A DNA stretch of 64,000 nucleotides, from assembly GCA_022813865.1 (NCBI GenBank), contig JALDZX010000006.1, positions 620,001 to 684,000 of the forward strand, read 5' to 3'. Under the pieces are notes generated by a model. The model did not search any database and had not been told where the DNA came from. It was given only the letters and a program-made list of their open reading frames with translations. The number at the start of each line of letters is the position of its first letter. The stretch's first letter is position 1. Shown here in pieces: positions 35,094-47,300 of this stretch. Source of the DNA: Xylographa opegraphella. Its lineage: Eukaryota. Made by a program: the position numbers and the translations under genes.

Positions 35094-37433
35094 GGCGGTG
35101 GAGAGGAAAAGGGTGAAGGTCCAGCGCAAACGACCGTGATGTCAAATGAATGACTCGAGGGCAGTGCCTGCGGACAGAAAATCAGCCGGGGCAGCAGCGA
35201 GAGAAAGGGGACGAAGGGGAGAGGCGTGACTTTATGTGGAGGTGCACGTACTGCGGTGTGTGGGCTGGTTAGTGTGTCAGAGAGCAGCTCGGCGAGTGAG
35301 CGACTGTGAGCTTAGCTGCACGAATCTATGTATACACCCGCCAGGGCGCGTAGGAGAGGATCGTTCCCGCTGACCAGAGCTGACCAGAGCCTGTTCGGGC
35401 TGTTTGCTTGGACACCTTTTGTTCTGAGACGAAGCGCCTTGGAGGTTGGTGTAAGAGCGGCGGCTTGGGTGATGCAAGTGGGATGGATGGGGCCGAGCAA
35501 GGGGGAAGGGCCCGATTCAGCACTAAGGAGCACGACAGGGAAGGCAGCCACGAGGGACCAACACAACTCGGCGGCCCACGAACGCCTTCGACTGGACGAG
35601 CAGCCGTGGAAGGGAGCGGCAGGAGGTCTGCTGCGCGATGCACGTCTCGACCTGAAAGGCAGCCGTTGATTCGACACACGCTGGAATGCGGCCGGCACGA
35701 TGCTATCGCTGTCAACAACCCCGTCTCCAGACCTCAGCATCCACGAGGAGCTCACGCACAGGCTAAGTCGACGGCTGATGCTACGGTCGCAAAGGAGGGA
35801 TCGCCGAGGGGTTGGATACCGAGTGTGCTATGCTTGTGCTGTGCTGCGCTGTCGCCAATCCCCAGAAGCAAATGAGAGGTTCTGATGATCTCTCGACTGT
35901 GCGGTGTAATCTGGGTACTCTGTGCCAGCGTGAGTCTCCACTGGCTCTCCACTGGCTTTATATGCCTACACGAGTCTCCATCTGTCTGCCAGGCGCTTGC
36001 CTTACAGAAGACGAAGAAGAAAACACCACAGGTCCTGTAAATAAACATAACGGACAGGAAACGTTTCTCGCGCGGCTTCGTCCCATCTATCTCGTCCAAT
36101 GTTGTCCCCCGTAACGAAGTCGAGCTCCTACTGGCCTATGACTGAGGCTGAGCATGCTTTCTCTCATCCTTCCACGCTTCTTAACTACCCGGCGCTTTCC
36201 AATCTAGGCCCCCGCATCTTTATGGTCTGTAGCATGTTACTGGTATAAACAACTACATGATTGGGTGACGGATTCAGCGTCACCGCAAAGCCGCGAACGC
36301 ATGCTGGCACTTGTCAGAACTCAACGTTTACTCAACCATGGGAGAAGTCTCCATCGACCAATGTCCTGGGTCAGGTATGGCGCTCAGCCGTGTCGCAGAT
36401 ACACCTTCCCATGTTTACCACGCCTTCGCACGATCTTAGGCGGCTAGCGATTGTAGGCTGGGGTAAGAAGGGTAAGAATGTGTGTTGTATCCCGATTGTC
36501 CAATGGCTACCGCCTCTCTGCGTATCCTAATCTGCCGCCCGTTGTATGCCTCATTTTAACCATCCGTGATTGCGTACACACTTCTGGGACTTGGTTTCGT
36601 CTGCTGGGCCCAAGACCGTCGCGTGGCTAAACCAGGAGTGCGCACTTTGGCGGTTCGGCATATGGGTCGAAGTCATATGGAATGGCGGGTACAAGTCGTT
36701 GGAAGCTCACGCCCGAGGCTATGATGGTCCTGGCAACTCTGGGGACTGCACCTCGGGCCGCGCTGAAGTTTAACTCGTGCAATGGTATTGGCTTCATATC
36801 GGAGTCGTGCAAGGCATAATACGAACAGTTTTTCTCATCTATGACATGGCAGGGCTCCTTCTCGAATTTGATGCAAGAGTGATTGATAACCAGCGCCAAA
36901 TAACCAACATGGAGATCTCGCCACCGCTATTGGTCAAACACTGAAGGTTTTCAGCTAAACTCCTCCATGACCACATGATCACGGAACTGGGGCGCTGCGC
37001 ATCCGCAATGAAGAAATCAAAAGACCCGATTTCGCCCTTGAAAAATTCTTCGTGATGGCTCTAGTAGAATAAAATGCAAAGAAATTCCCTCGAGATTGTC
37101 AAAACGGGTGCATATGTGGAGTTCCCAAACGTCTAGGCTACCAGTGGAGGTTTTATGGCGGTTGCCAGACACTTGATCTATTAGATAGTCTTTCATTTAA
37201 GCCTGTGACCCCGGAAGTCCCCCTAGTGAGATCAGGACGTAGGCTACGGGTGTCTTCGATGCGATGCAAAACCACCCCCTTCCCGACGTGAAGACACGGC
37301 CTCAATGATGTACTCGAGGTGGACTATCTGCCTATCCAGCAGGCGAGTGTACTTTTATTACTGATATTGAATAAGGCTTAGAACAGGTTCAGCTTGAGTA
37401 GTGAACTGAAAAAAAGAACCCGACTGTTACGGC

Positions 37434-38731
37434 CTAAATCGTGGAGGTATTTGCGGGTTGTCCAATGAAACCTGGATTACTTCTGCGACTCTGGATCCTG
37501 GCCTCTGTGAGAACATACAGGTTGTCCAAGAACGTCATACTCGACGCGTCCTTGAGGATCTTGGCTACCTGCAGTCCGGCGGAGATCAGCTGGAGCACAT
37601 TGCGGTCATCTTTGAGTGGCCGAGACTGATGTTTGGCAGCGTGGCGCATCTCAAGAGAGTTCTCCAGGACAGTCACCAGTTGCTTGATTTGGCCATTGTA
37701 AAGAACACGCGCAGGAATTCTTCGCTTTGTGGCCAGTCTTTTCAACAAATATACCCACTCGTTCCACTCCCGATCGGCTGCGGTGCCAACTGGGCGCTTG
37801 TCTGGCTCCAATGGTATAGGGAATTGGTATTTGGCAACAAAGTTGAAAGCGCATTTAGAAAGACAATCGTTCACTTGAGACAGAATATCGTCTTGCTCAT
37901 TTACAAGAAGATTGGTTGGGAGATGAGGAAGGTTCTGCTCCTGTGCGGCAATCACAGCTGCAGGAGGAGGAGCAAGCAATTGATGTGGCCCATCAAACTC
38001 ATCACGGTTGGACGGCCGCCTTTGTGGATAATTCCTGCCTTGCAGTTGCGGTCCGCTCTGTAGGCCTTTGGTAGCTTGGGTGTCCGAAGGAAACTCATAT
38101 CCCGGACGAGATGTAGGAGAGTCTTCTTCCCACGGGTAATGTTCAGGGGACGACCGAAGCCTAGTATCGTCTTCAGATTGTCTCCTGCTTGGCCTAGCAA
38201 GGTTGGAAAGGCCTATCGTCGGCGCGCCAACCTGGCTTCTGTCCTGCCGCTGCCCAGAAAATGCAGGAGATGGATCCGAACGGTATTCCGAGGCTGCCAA
38301 TCTGGGGTAGTAGGAGCTTGAAGCTCCATGGGCAGCGTTTATGTCCTGGGCATGAGACTGGGGATACAGAAACGAACTGAGCGGTACACCCTGGTACTGA
38401 GGCACTGGCGGGTACGGTGTACTTTTGAATGATCAGTGGAGGCGCACATGGGACATTGATCAGCCGGATTGAGTCGTACTTTGCAGCTGGTACGGTATAA
38501 CGTCCCGGTCGAACGTCTGGTGGCGCTGCTGTCTGGAGGGTCGTTGTGTCCGGAAGAGTTGCACTGCACCACTGTCAGCTGGTTCATCGAACGACAATGG
38601 GAACGGTGATCGAGGAACGGAAACCTTCGAGGAAAAGAATCATAATCCGAACGCTGGAAAGAGGAGGGTGGATTTCTTGGTGCTTCCCGCCGTCCCCATG
38701 GGTCTTGTTGGTAGCCCCCTCGATGAGACAT
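37434..38731 (-). CDS. Hypothetical protein, disordered N-terminus plus ~140-aa helical C-terminal domain
   Basis: Two introns splice MSHRGGYQQDPW... in frame to the 323-aa ORF; globular-looking domain CAFNFVAKYQFPIP...EWNEWVYLLKRLATKRRIPARVLYNGQIKQ...KDDRNVLQLISAG. Confidence 0.78.
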
Positions 38732-39905
38732 GGTGCTGGATAGGAGGAGGACAGTCATACGGACATACGTCAAGGAATATGAGCTCGCAAACACCAGAGG
38801 GGAGAAATCGACAATTACATGGCGGTCGGTCTCCTCATAAGCTGGTCATGAGACGCCCCGAAACACCCCACTTCAGCATCATGGTATCGTACCGCGTCTG
38901 TGGGTAAGGAGAATTTGACGATGTCTTGATTCGTCCATAGAGGAGCAGATCTTGACGCCCGACGAAGTGACGGACAGACAGACAGTATCGGAGTACCGCG
39001 GCTAAAGTTGATCGACCATTTGACGATAAAAGACCGAGGGAGGCTCTGGCTCTCGCAGATCTCCCAGCGAGGTTTTGTCTTGCTAAGTTGGGTGCAGGCA
39101 AGAAGGCGTTCACCGCTGGTACTACCCAGGGCATACGGGTACACAGGGCGTTCGATAACAGACAGGGGCCGCAGTGTGGCATGACCGGGATGGCGTTCGA
39201 GTTGGCTTACGGATAACACAGGCAATTGAAGCAAAAGGACGCTGAATACTGAAAGCGCAACAGATCATTGTTCGTTTCGCGCGAGCAACAAAAGCAAGTC
39301 TCGGTCTTTGGCCGCTGACACTCCCCACAGCGCTGATCCATACCCAGAACGATACGCATATCTATGAATTTCGGCATGTTTGACTGGGCTGGGAGACCTT
39401 CGTTTCAACCTGGGAAATGTAAGATGGCTAGTCCCGCTGATGCCGAAGATAGAGCACGGCTAAGTTAGTGTCAGACCGGTGATTTAATTGGTGCCGCAAC
39501 GTGTTAGACATTCTGATGCTCGGCTGGTTTGGGGCGACGCTATCATTCATGGACTACCTTTACCTTATGGAGAGCGGAAGGGCTTGAGAACGCGCGGAAG
39601 CCAGCCTGAAGGCCTTCAGCAAATACTGGGCAGAATCAGATCACGAGAGGCGGCATCACCCATCACTCCGTAGCGGTGACTCACGAGTCGTAGAATCGAA
39701 CGCCTCGAGCCCAAAGGTCGCAGCCGATTACCACCCTTTCGCGCATACGGGAGAATCTGCATGTCGTTTCCAGGACTTGGCGAGCTCTAACTAGATTGGA
39801 GCAGCTGGCTAAAACCGGGGCAATCTGCGTTCCTGCCCACGGGCATTCAAGAGGCGAGGCGAGACGAGAGCAAGCGTGGAGAGGAGAGCGAAAGGAAGGA
39901 GCGGA

Positions 39906-39965
39906 GGGGGGGGGGNNNNNNNNNNNNNNNNNNNNNNNNNNNNNNNNNNNNNNNNNNNNNNNNNN

Positions 39966-40027
<62 letters not shown>
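39906..40027. repeat. Poly-G tract spanning an assembly gap
   Basis: G run on both sides of a 50-N gap. Confidence 0.8.
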
Positions 40028-40030
<3 letters not shown>

Positions 40031-40454
40031 GCGGCGTCGATGATGCTGCTCAACAATTGTATTGTTGTTATTAATATGATTGATGCGCAGTCTGGTGGGT
40101 GGGCGATCTGGTTCGTGCCAACCCGAAGTTCTAGGGTGTTCCTTGCATGACGGCCAATCGAGCGTGGCTTTCACTAGGGGGGAGACGTCGTCGACTCGTC
40201 GGTGGATATTGCACGACAAGCACGGAAGATCTACACGACGAAGATGTAGGAGTGATAGTCGCAACTGCAGCAGGATTTAGAAACAAATGGGGCGGGTTGG
40301 GTACCAATTCGACCTTCGCTTCGCCGTCGCCCGTGCCTCTCTGCCGATCGGCTCACATGATCGCATCTTGCCCGGCTCGCTGCCGAGAGATTGCGGCTAA
40401 GCCACCTTCGGACGGGGCGCGCAACGGCCTCGGGCACAGAATAATGCACGCGCG

Positions 40455-40484
40455 GACCTGAGACCTGAGACCTGAGACCTGAGA
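40455..40484. repeat. (GACCTGA)4 heptamer tandem repeat
   Basis: Four perfect copies read directly. Confidence 0.85.
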
Positions 40485-40752
40485 GCCGGCAGCTGAGCGC
40501 TGGGAGCCGAGAGCTCCGATGCAGGATTTGTGCGTGAGCACGCCGCTTTGGTATATGTACTACTCTACCTTGCTTGTTTCTCCTACCCATCCGAACGCAT
40601 ATCCCTATTCCTACCTCCCACCACAGACCCAGTATCGAAAGAAAAGAGTGCCCAACCTCCCCCCCCCCCGCAGAGCCAATCAGTCAGCACTTGCGCTGCT
40701 GGCTGCTGCGGCTATCGCCTCGGCCTGCCTCCCCGGCTCTCTTGACCGGAAG

Positions 40753-42306
40753 CTAATATACGGAGCATTCAAGCTCCGCTCTTTCAAACGCCCCCGAAAA
40801 GAAATCCTGCATGGCCAGGTAGTGGAACAGGATGCCGCCCAACACCGCCAAGTGCCAGATGTTATGGGACCCTCCAACGTAATCGAACCATCCGGGTCCC
40901 AGCATCTCCGGCAGTTTCAACGCGTAGATAACGGCGCCGGTCAGGTACACCGCGACGCTCTTCAGAACCGGGGCGTAGAAGTAGTACGACCACTCCGAGC
41001 CTCGAGTGAGGTTGAGCTGGACCACAGGAGCGAAGCCGGTGGCGCCAAGGGTCACGTAGAACGCGACTCGCGCCCACGCCATGTCGGCGCGGTTGAAAGT
41101 CGGATGCCAGGGAAGGATGACGCCGCCGACACCGAGCGCAAACGTGGTCACAATGTACAGCCAACGGCTTGTGGGCTCGCAGTAGAACGCGGTGTACTCC
41201 GTGGTCATGATAGACGCCGCGATCAGTAGCGATATTCCGGTGTAATCCACGCAAGCGAAGCGCTCCATGAGCGTTTGGTCGGCAATACTGTTCATTGTAT
41301 GCCACAGGCAGCTGCAGACGAGGCACTTGCATGCGGCGAAAAAGAACATGGCGGCGAAGAAGACATCCGTGTTCGATGACTGGTTGAAGTTGACAGACGA
41401 CGGGTAGAAATAGAAGGCGATCGAGAGGACGATGAGCAGGCCGATGAAGTGAGACCAGATGTTGACTGTTTCGTTGGAGATCCTGAATGCAGAACGCACA
41501 CACTCGAGCTTGGTCTCAGAAAATCGATAACCGTGGACGATATGGGGATTGATCCGCCAAGGGATCGGCAGGTCTTCGTACGCGATGAGTCCATGCTCTT
41601 GTGCTCTTTCCATGGCGTGCTCAATGCTGTCTCGGAGAGCATTTTTGGCACGCCGCGCCCGTTCGAGACCCTCGTCAACTGCATCTTTGGCATTCCTCAA
41701 CCCTTCCTCAGCTCTACGCCAACCTTCGTCCACTACAGCCGAATAGCGAGCATTCCTCATCGCATGAGTACGAGATTCGACATCCGACAACACTCCCTCC
41801 ATCAACCGTATACCTGCCTGTGCTTTAGCCTCTAGAGACTCCCGAGTTGTCAGAGCATCGTGGTAACGAGTCTCGAGAACCTCCACGAGAACTTTGGCGC
41901 GCTTCCGTCCTGCATCGAGCAATTCACCAGAAACGTGGGAGCAGGAATCCCGAACAGCCGCCAACGTGGAGTATGCACGGGATACACCAGCGTCGTACTG
42001 AAGGTTGCCATAATTCTCTAACCAGTCCAGCCTTCGCTCGAGCTCTTTAAGGAACAAGTCCACCTGTGATCGGGTAAGCGCTGACACGCTGCTCACGATT
42101 TGGCGATCTCTTACCTTTACGTATATGGCATCTGCGCTTGACTCTCCCGAGTGTCGCCGTATATTTGAGTTTCTCCTTGTAGGACGATACGATGATGCAC
42201 GACGCCGTGCTGTGAGGGCCTGCCCGGACAACGTGCCTGTACTCAGAGCCGTCGCAGTTTCCTGAGCGGCGCCAATTGTCAAGGATGGTGAAGCGCAGGT
42301 CATCAT
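40753..42306 (-). CDS. izh3: PAQR / hemolysin-III family membrane protein, Izh3-like
   Basis: LPIPWRINPHIVHGYRF, NETVNIWSH, SCLWHT, ACVDYTGIS, FDYVGGSHNIWH; one in-frame intron near 42062..42118. Confidence 0.9.
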   Translation of the reverse strand: MMTCASPSLTIGAAQETATALSTGTLSGQALTARRRASSYRPTRRNSNIRRHSGESSADAIYVKVRDRQIVSSVSALTRSQVDLFLKELERRLDWLENYGNLQYDAGVSRAYSTLAAVRDSCSHVSGELLDAGRKRAKVLVEVLETRYHDALTTRESLEAKAQAGIRLMEGVLSDVESRTHAMRNARYSAVVDEGWRRAEEGLRNAKDAVDEGLERARRAKNALRDSIEHAMERAQEHGLIAYEDLPIPWRINPHIVHGYRFSETKLECVRSAFRISNETVNIWSHFIGLLIVLSIAFYFYPSSVNFNQSSNTDVFFAAMFFFAACKCLVCSCLWHTMNSIADQTLMERFACVDYTGISLLIAASIMTTEYTAFYCEPTSRWLYIVTTFALGVGGVILPWHPTFNRADMAWARVAFYVTLGATGFAPVVQLNLTRGSEWSYYFYAPVLKSVAVYLTGAVIYALKLPEMLGPGWFDYVGGSHNIWHLAVLGGILFHYLAMQDFFSGAFERAELECSVY

Positions 42307-42582
42307 GGGGATGGGAGAATGGATGGCTCGTCGCATTGACTGGCGATGAGCTTGTGCTACTCCGTACGCGGTGATGAAAATGTTTTAAAACACGTAAGTG
42401 GCGGGGTCGTAAGACACTTTAGAGCTGGCACCGAGAACGGTAACGGAAGAGGTCGAGCAGCTGATGGCCGACAAAATGAAGACGAGTCAGACAGCCGAAG
42501 CACGGATTCTTAGCCAATATAGTCGGCCGGCGAGTGTGTATCAATCATAGAACATGAGCTGAAAAGGTGACCTGCATGCCAC

Positions 42583-42617
42583 TACCTTATCTACCTTAAG
42601 GTACCTTGGGTACCTTA
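42583..42617. promoter_or_regulatory. TACCTTA/TAAGGTA motif cluster in the izh3/THOC5 divergent promoter
   Basis: Four TACCTT copies; contains TACCTTAAGGTACCTT (42592..42607), identical to 20198..20213. Confidence 0.4.
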
Positions 42618-42882
42618 TCGTAGATACCAAGAATTCCAGGCTGTGCCCAACAATAATGCGAGATGACGATGGGGAGCGGCCGTCAACAGGGCTAAGCCCC
42701 TCTCAGACCCTGACGCTACGGAGTCACTCCGAACTTACATTACCTTACAAAGTTACACTGAACGGACTCGTCGCTTAGGACCTAGGCCTGCTTACCGTAC
42801 CTATGAAATGGAGAGCATGTGAACCCACGGCCAAAGCATCATCGCAACAACAGAGGACTACTACAGCTTTACAAACGACATC

Positions 42883-43632
42883 ATGTCTGTAGAAGACGTT
42901 GTGGTTGATACGTTCTTACGCTCCGTTCTGGATACTTCCGTCAAAACCCGCCAACAGTGCATTGCCCTATTCAACTACGCCAAATCAGATCCTGTGTCCC
43001 TGCGAGATACCCCCCCCCTAGATACCGAGCTCGACTTATCTGCAGAGCAGAAACTCCTGTTTTCACATCTTGCAAAGCTGAGGGGCTCAAATCGCAATGC
43101 CATCATTGCTGTTAGGCACACGAAGCAAGCTACAGCAGAGGCGCGACAAGAGATTGATCGATTACACCTGCAGCTGCAGAATCTCTACTACGAGCAAAGA
43201 CATCTCAGAGGGGAGATTTTAGCCTGTGAATCCTACGAGTGAGCGCTCTGGAAATTGCCTTGGGCTTCTCGCTGTCTAATAGTTGCTGTAAGCCACAAAT
43301 ACCAGCACCTCCCGTTGATCCCCGTCGAGGAGTTTCTGCAGCAATACCCAGAGCACCAGAATGATGATGAGAACGTCCTCATGATTGCGCGCATTGGTTA
43401 CGAGCATTCTGAGCGTGAAATGCTTGAGCAGGCTCGACAAGGTCTGCTGAAAAAGAAGCAAGGCTTGATAGCGGATAACAAAAAGCGGAAGGATGATCTG
43501 GCGAGCTTGGACAGGGACCTGGAAAAATTTATTGATGTGCGTGCATTTCTACAACTGTGATGATGGTCGGATCAAACTGACGTACAAAAGGCCGCGAAAC
43601 CAATCCAGAAGATATTTGAAAAGGAGTACTGA
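42883..43632 (+). CDS. thoc5: THO complex subunit 5 (Fms-interacting protein family)
   Basis: KQATAEARQEIDRLHLQLQNLYYEQRHLRGEILACE and LPLIPVEEFL...LMIARI..E motifs; two introns with AAG acceptors. Confidence 0.85.
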
Positions 43633-44303
43633 CCATATTACTGAGCGGAAGCGCGGTATCGAGATGTTGACAAAACTCCAACGTCTCTACTGACACTCAT
43701 GGTGATCAATGTGTACTTACCACAATTACAGTGCTACGGCCTGAGAATGAGAACGTTCAAGCTTCGCTTACTCCATTACAGCAATCAATTGGGACGATGG
43801 TATATCCGGCATGTTTACACTGGCGTATACTATGACAGAGGTGTGGTCTGAGGAAGTGATATATCCAGCTATATTTGTTGGAGGATAGTTGAAAAGTATA
43901 TATTGATGCTCCGGATGAGAACATGCTGCTGGAGCGTGTCTGTTGAAGTATGTGAAGAGACCTGGTCAGCTAAGTATTTCTCTGTTAGTCATCCTTTCTT
44001 GAGCTAAGCTAGACATCTTGAAAGCAAAACTAAACTTATACCCTTCACAGACATACTTTGCGGTCGGGTATGCACCTACACAATGGTATACCGGACTCCC
44101 TGCAAATGGACTACTGGTTTTCGACCCTCAAATCTTCAAATAGTAATGTGTGGCTGTAAAAGCTTGTGTTTTCTTAGTCATATTTATTTCAATCAAATAC
44201 GTCAAAGTGTATCCCCTATGCCATAGCCCACGCTTAGCAAAACACTTCCCATAGCCCTGGTCTATTCTCACCGTCTCCGGTGTTACACAAATAATCGCAC
44301 CCC

Positions 44304-47300
44304 TCACGCCCACATAGCCTTGAATTTTGTATCAAACTCCACCTTCAACATCCGAAATGCCAAAAGCACATTCGCGAGCCCTTCATCTGTCGCCGTACCG
44401 CCACTACTACTTGCATCATCATCTCCTTCGAACAAAGTATCAGCTACCGAATCCACCTCCTCGTCGTCCTCAAAAGCATCCCAGCTATCGAGCACTTTCT
44501 CTTTCTTCTTCCGCGTCATCTGCGGTAATGTTGTTGCTGTTGCTGCAGGTGGTCTATTCAACGGCGCTTCTGAGTCTTCGGCTCCGTCATCTTCTTCCTC
44601 CAGAGCATCGCCTAGGCCCATGACATTCATCATATCGCTGTCATCCATAGGTGCCACGTTCAAGAAGTTCTCCAGGCTTGTCATAATGGTTGCCAAGACG
44701 AGTGAAAAGTCGTTGAGTAAAAACCAGACGTCGCCCTTTCGGATACCGTTTGCAATCTCGAGTGGTTGGACTGCCCCATGCATGAAGAAGTCGTATAGAT
44801 AGGCATTGAGTGGAGTGTCTGAGGGGATGTCGAGGTGCGGTATGACGGCCTTTTCGAGAAAGATACCGGACCGGGTCGACGAGCAAAGGTCAGAGATCGA
44901 TGCGAATGTGTCGGAGTGCCCAGAGAGAGCCACGAAGTGGGAGCGTGCGGCTGTTGCAGGTAAGCTATGAAGGATATCTGAATCGAACACCTTCGAGCCT
45001 CCAACAGTGAGTCTCGTCAATGGAAGAGTTCGATCGTCCTCTTTGCAATGCTGCTTTGCAAAGGTTCTCACATATGTAGTGAATGTCTCTAAGGTCTCTT
45101 GGTTATGCTCCTGCAGGATTATTTTCGCTTTGATAGGGAGTTCAGGGAGGAAAACAATCGAAGAGGACCTCTTGATAATTGTTTCCTTGTTCTCAATGTC
45201 AGCTTGTCGACATGCACGACGCCCAAAGAGGTGCGCCATGACCAGCATTAGCTGTCGGAGTGTTGCCGATGGTTTCTCCTCAACGTTTGCACACAATTGG
45301 TGGAAGTAGCCACCCTTTAAGAGAGCGTGAAATGCAAAACTGCTGTTTTCAGTAAAATATAGATGAGATACGCAGCTCGTGAAGTTGATAGGTTCGCCGC
45401 GAGGACCAAGTAGCTGCTGTCTTCGAAGATACTCTATACTAAATCGCAAATGATGCAGCACTTGAGCCTTAAAGCTCTCGCCACCAAGATACAACCGAGG
45501 TTGCGAAAGAAGAGCGTTTATGGCCCGCTCTGCATAAGCAGAGTTTTTCGAATCATACAGTAGAGTAAACAGACGAAGTATCAGAGTCGTTGTTATGGGG
45601 AAGTGACCATTCAGATCGGGCAGTCGTGAACTCAGTAGCCGACATGCTTTGTCAATAGGAATGCCATGGAAAACAACATTACCAAGAATGTCAAAACCAC
45701 GACGTCCGGCTCGGCCTGCACATTGTCGAAAGTTGAGGGCTGTTAAGTAGACACTATCGCCACTAAAAACGACTGTTTTGCAGGGCATCTGTAAAATGAC
45801 TTAGCTATAAAGCAGCGCCAGAACAAATGGTAGATACATACATTGATACCAAGCGCTAGAGTCCCAGTTGCTATGATTACCCTCAGATATCCTTTTCGGA
45901 ATAGAATTTCAACTCTGGACACTTTAGCTTCTGTGATTGACGCGCCATCCGCAAGATCTCCACCAACACATGACTTACATTGTTCGGTACTTCTTGTTCA
46001 TTCCAGCATGATGAATTCCAACGCCTCTTCTCAACGCTTTCATCAACCACTCCGCAATACCTTTCCACTCCATCTGGCGGAAATATTCCTCCATGTCGGA
46101 CTTCTGAACCTTCTGTACATCTGCAAAGCTAAATTCTTCACAAGGTGCATCTGGGTCAAATTGTTCAAAAGGACTGGCTTCTCGTTCAGCAGAATCCCGC
46201 TCGGTATCAGCCTTGGACCCGCGTTCGTCATCTTTCTCCTTAGTCTTTTTTGCTTTGACTGCTTTAGGCGCCTTGAGCTTGCTAGCGTTTTTCCACTTCT
46301 CATAGCTTTCCATCGTTGCCGCCCATTTCGGACTTTCTGCTTTCCAGAACTTTTCGGCATCCTGGAGGCGATCCAGCAGTGATTTGGCGATGCCTTCACA
46401 GGCTGCTCTGTCGTAGTTGAAAAGAATGGCTGGCAAGGCGTTATGCTCGTGTAAGTCGGTCACAAGAGGAAGGATAGTCTCTCTGAGGTCACTTGAGTCG
46501 ATCACGTCTATCACTTCTAAATCTTGGTTTGTTGCGACCACGGGGATGTCGATGATGTTCCGTTGCTCGAGGGGTGCACTGAGTTCGTCAAGAACTTTTT
46601 CAAATGGGGAATCCGAACTCGACATCCAAAAGGATAAAAGGTCCTTGAGTTTCCTCTCCCAAGCCACGATGTCAGCCTTGCGAATAATTTGGGGTAAGCA
46701 GGTCGTTGGATCGAGCTCTTTAGAGACAGGATAAGTGGGCGTCTGATACTTCGACATGGTCTGCCAGAGGATCAGGCAATCTCTTGGCTCGAGCCCTAGG
46801 TCCGCTGGTATTCCCCGAGACTTGTTTACAAGACTTGCAATTGGGTGGAAATATTGAAAACCTGGGACGTTGTCCAGCCCCAAGTCTCCCAAGTTTGACC
46901 TCTTCCCAAGAGCCTTGAATGTGAATCTCTTGGGTGGATTATATACAAATTTTCTAAGGTCCGAATACCGCTGCTCATGTTTTATCATGCTGAGTTCAAA
47001 TCCTGAGGACCGCTGCGTGGCAGTGAGCCAGTCACTGAATTGGCCGGGATTGCCTACTGTCGCAGATAGCGCGATAATTGGACACGGAGCAAGAAGTAAA
47101 AGCTGCTCCCACACAACACCATCTTCAGCTTGGCCAATGGAGTGTATCTCGTCAAAAATTATGCATCGGACACGTGGAGCCCAGGATTTTGCATTGGTGG
47201 GCGCCAGTAGCATTATCTGCAAAATATGTGGCACGGTTACCAGAATCTGACATCCTGTGGGATTGTTGACTCGATAGTCTCTTGTATGAATGGCCCATAC

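Noticed and set aside
35168..35340. Possible [D1,2] stwintron (CACTAAC...CAG abutting TACGT) in the 5-prime UTR
   Set aside because: No good upstream internal donor; the candidate looks like a TATA element, so a single ordinary intron explains the sequence.
37211..37225. GGAAGTCCCC resembling RNase MRP CR-I
   Set aside because: No complementary GGGGCT CR-V strand downstream.
39906..40027. Long poly-G run as a G-quadruplex or poly-Gly/poly-Pro ORF
   Set aside because: Flanks an assembly gap; length is unreliable and poly-G is a common sequencing artefact; the ORFs through it are not credible.
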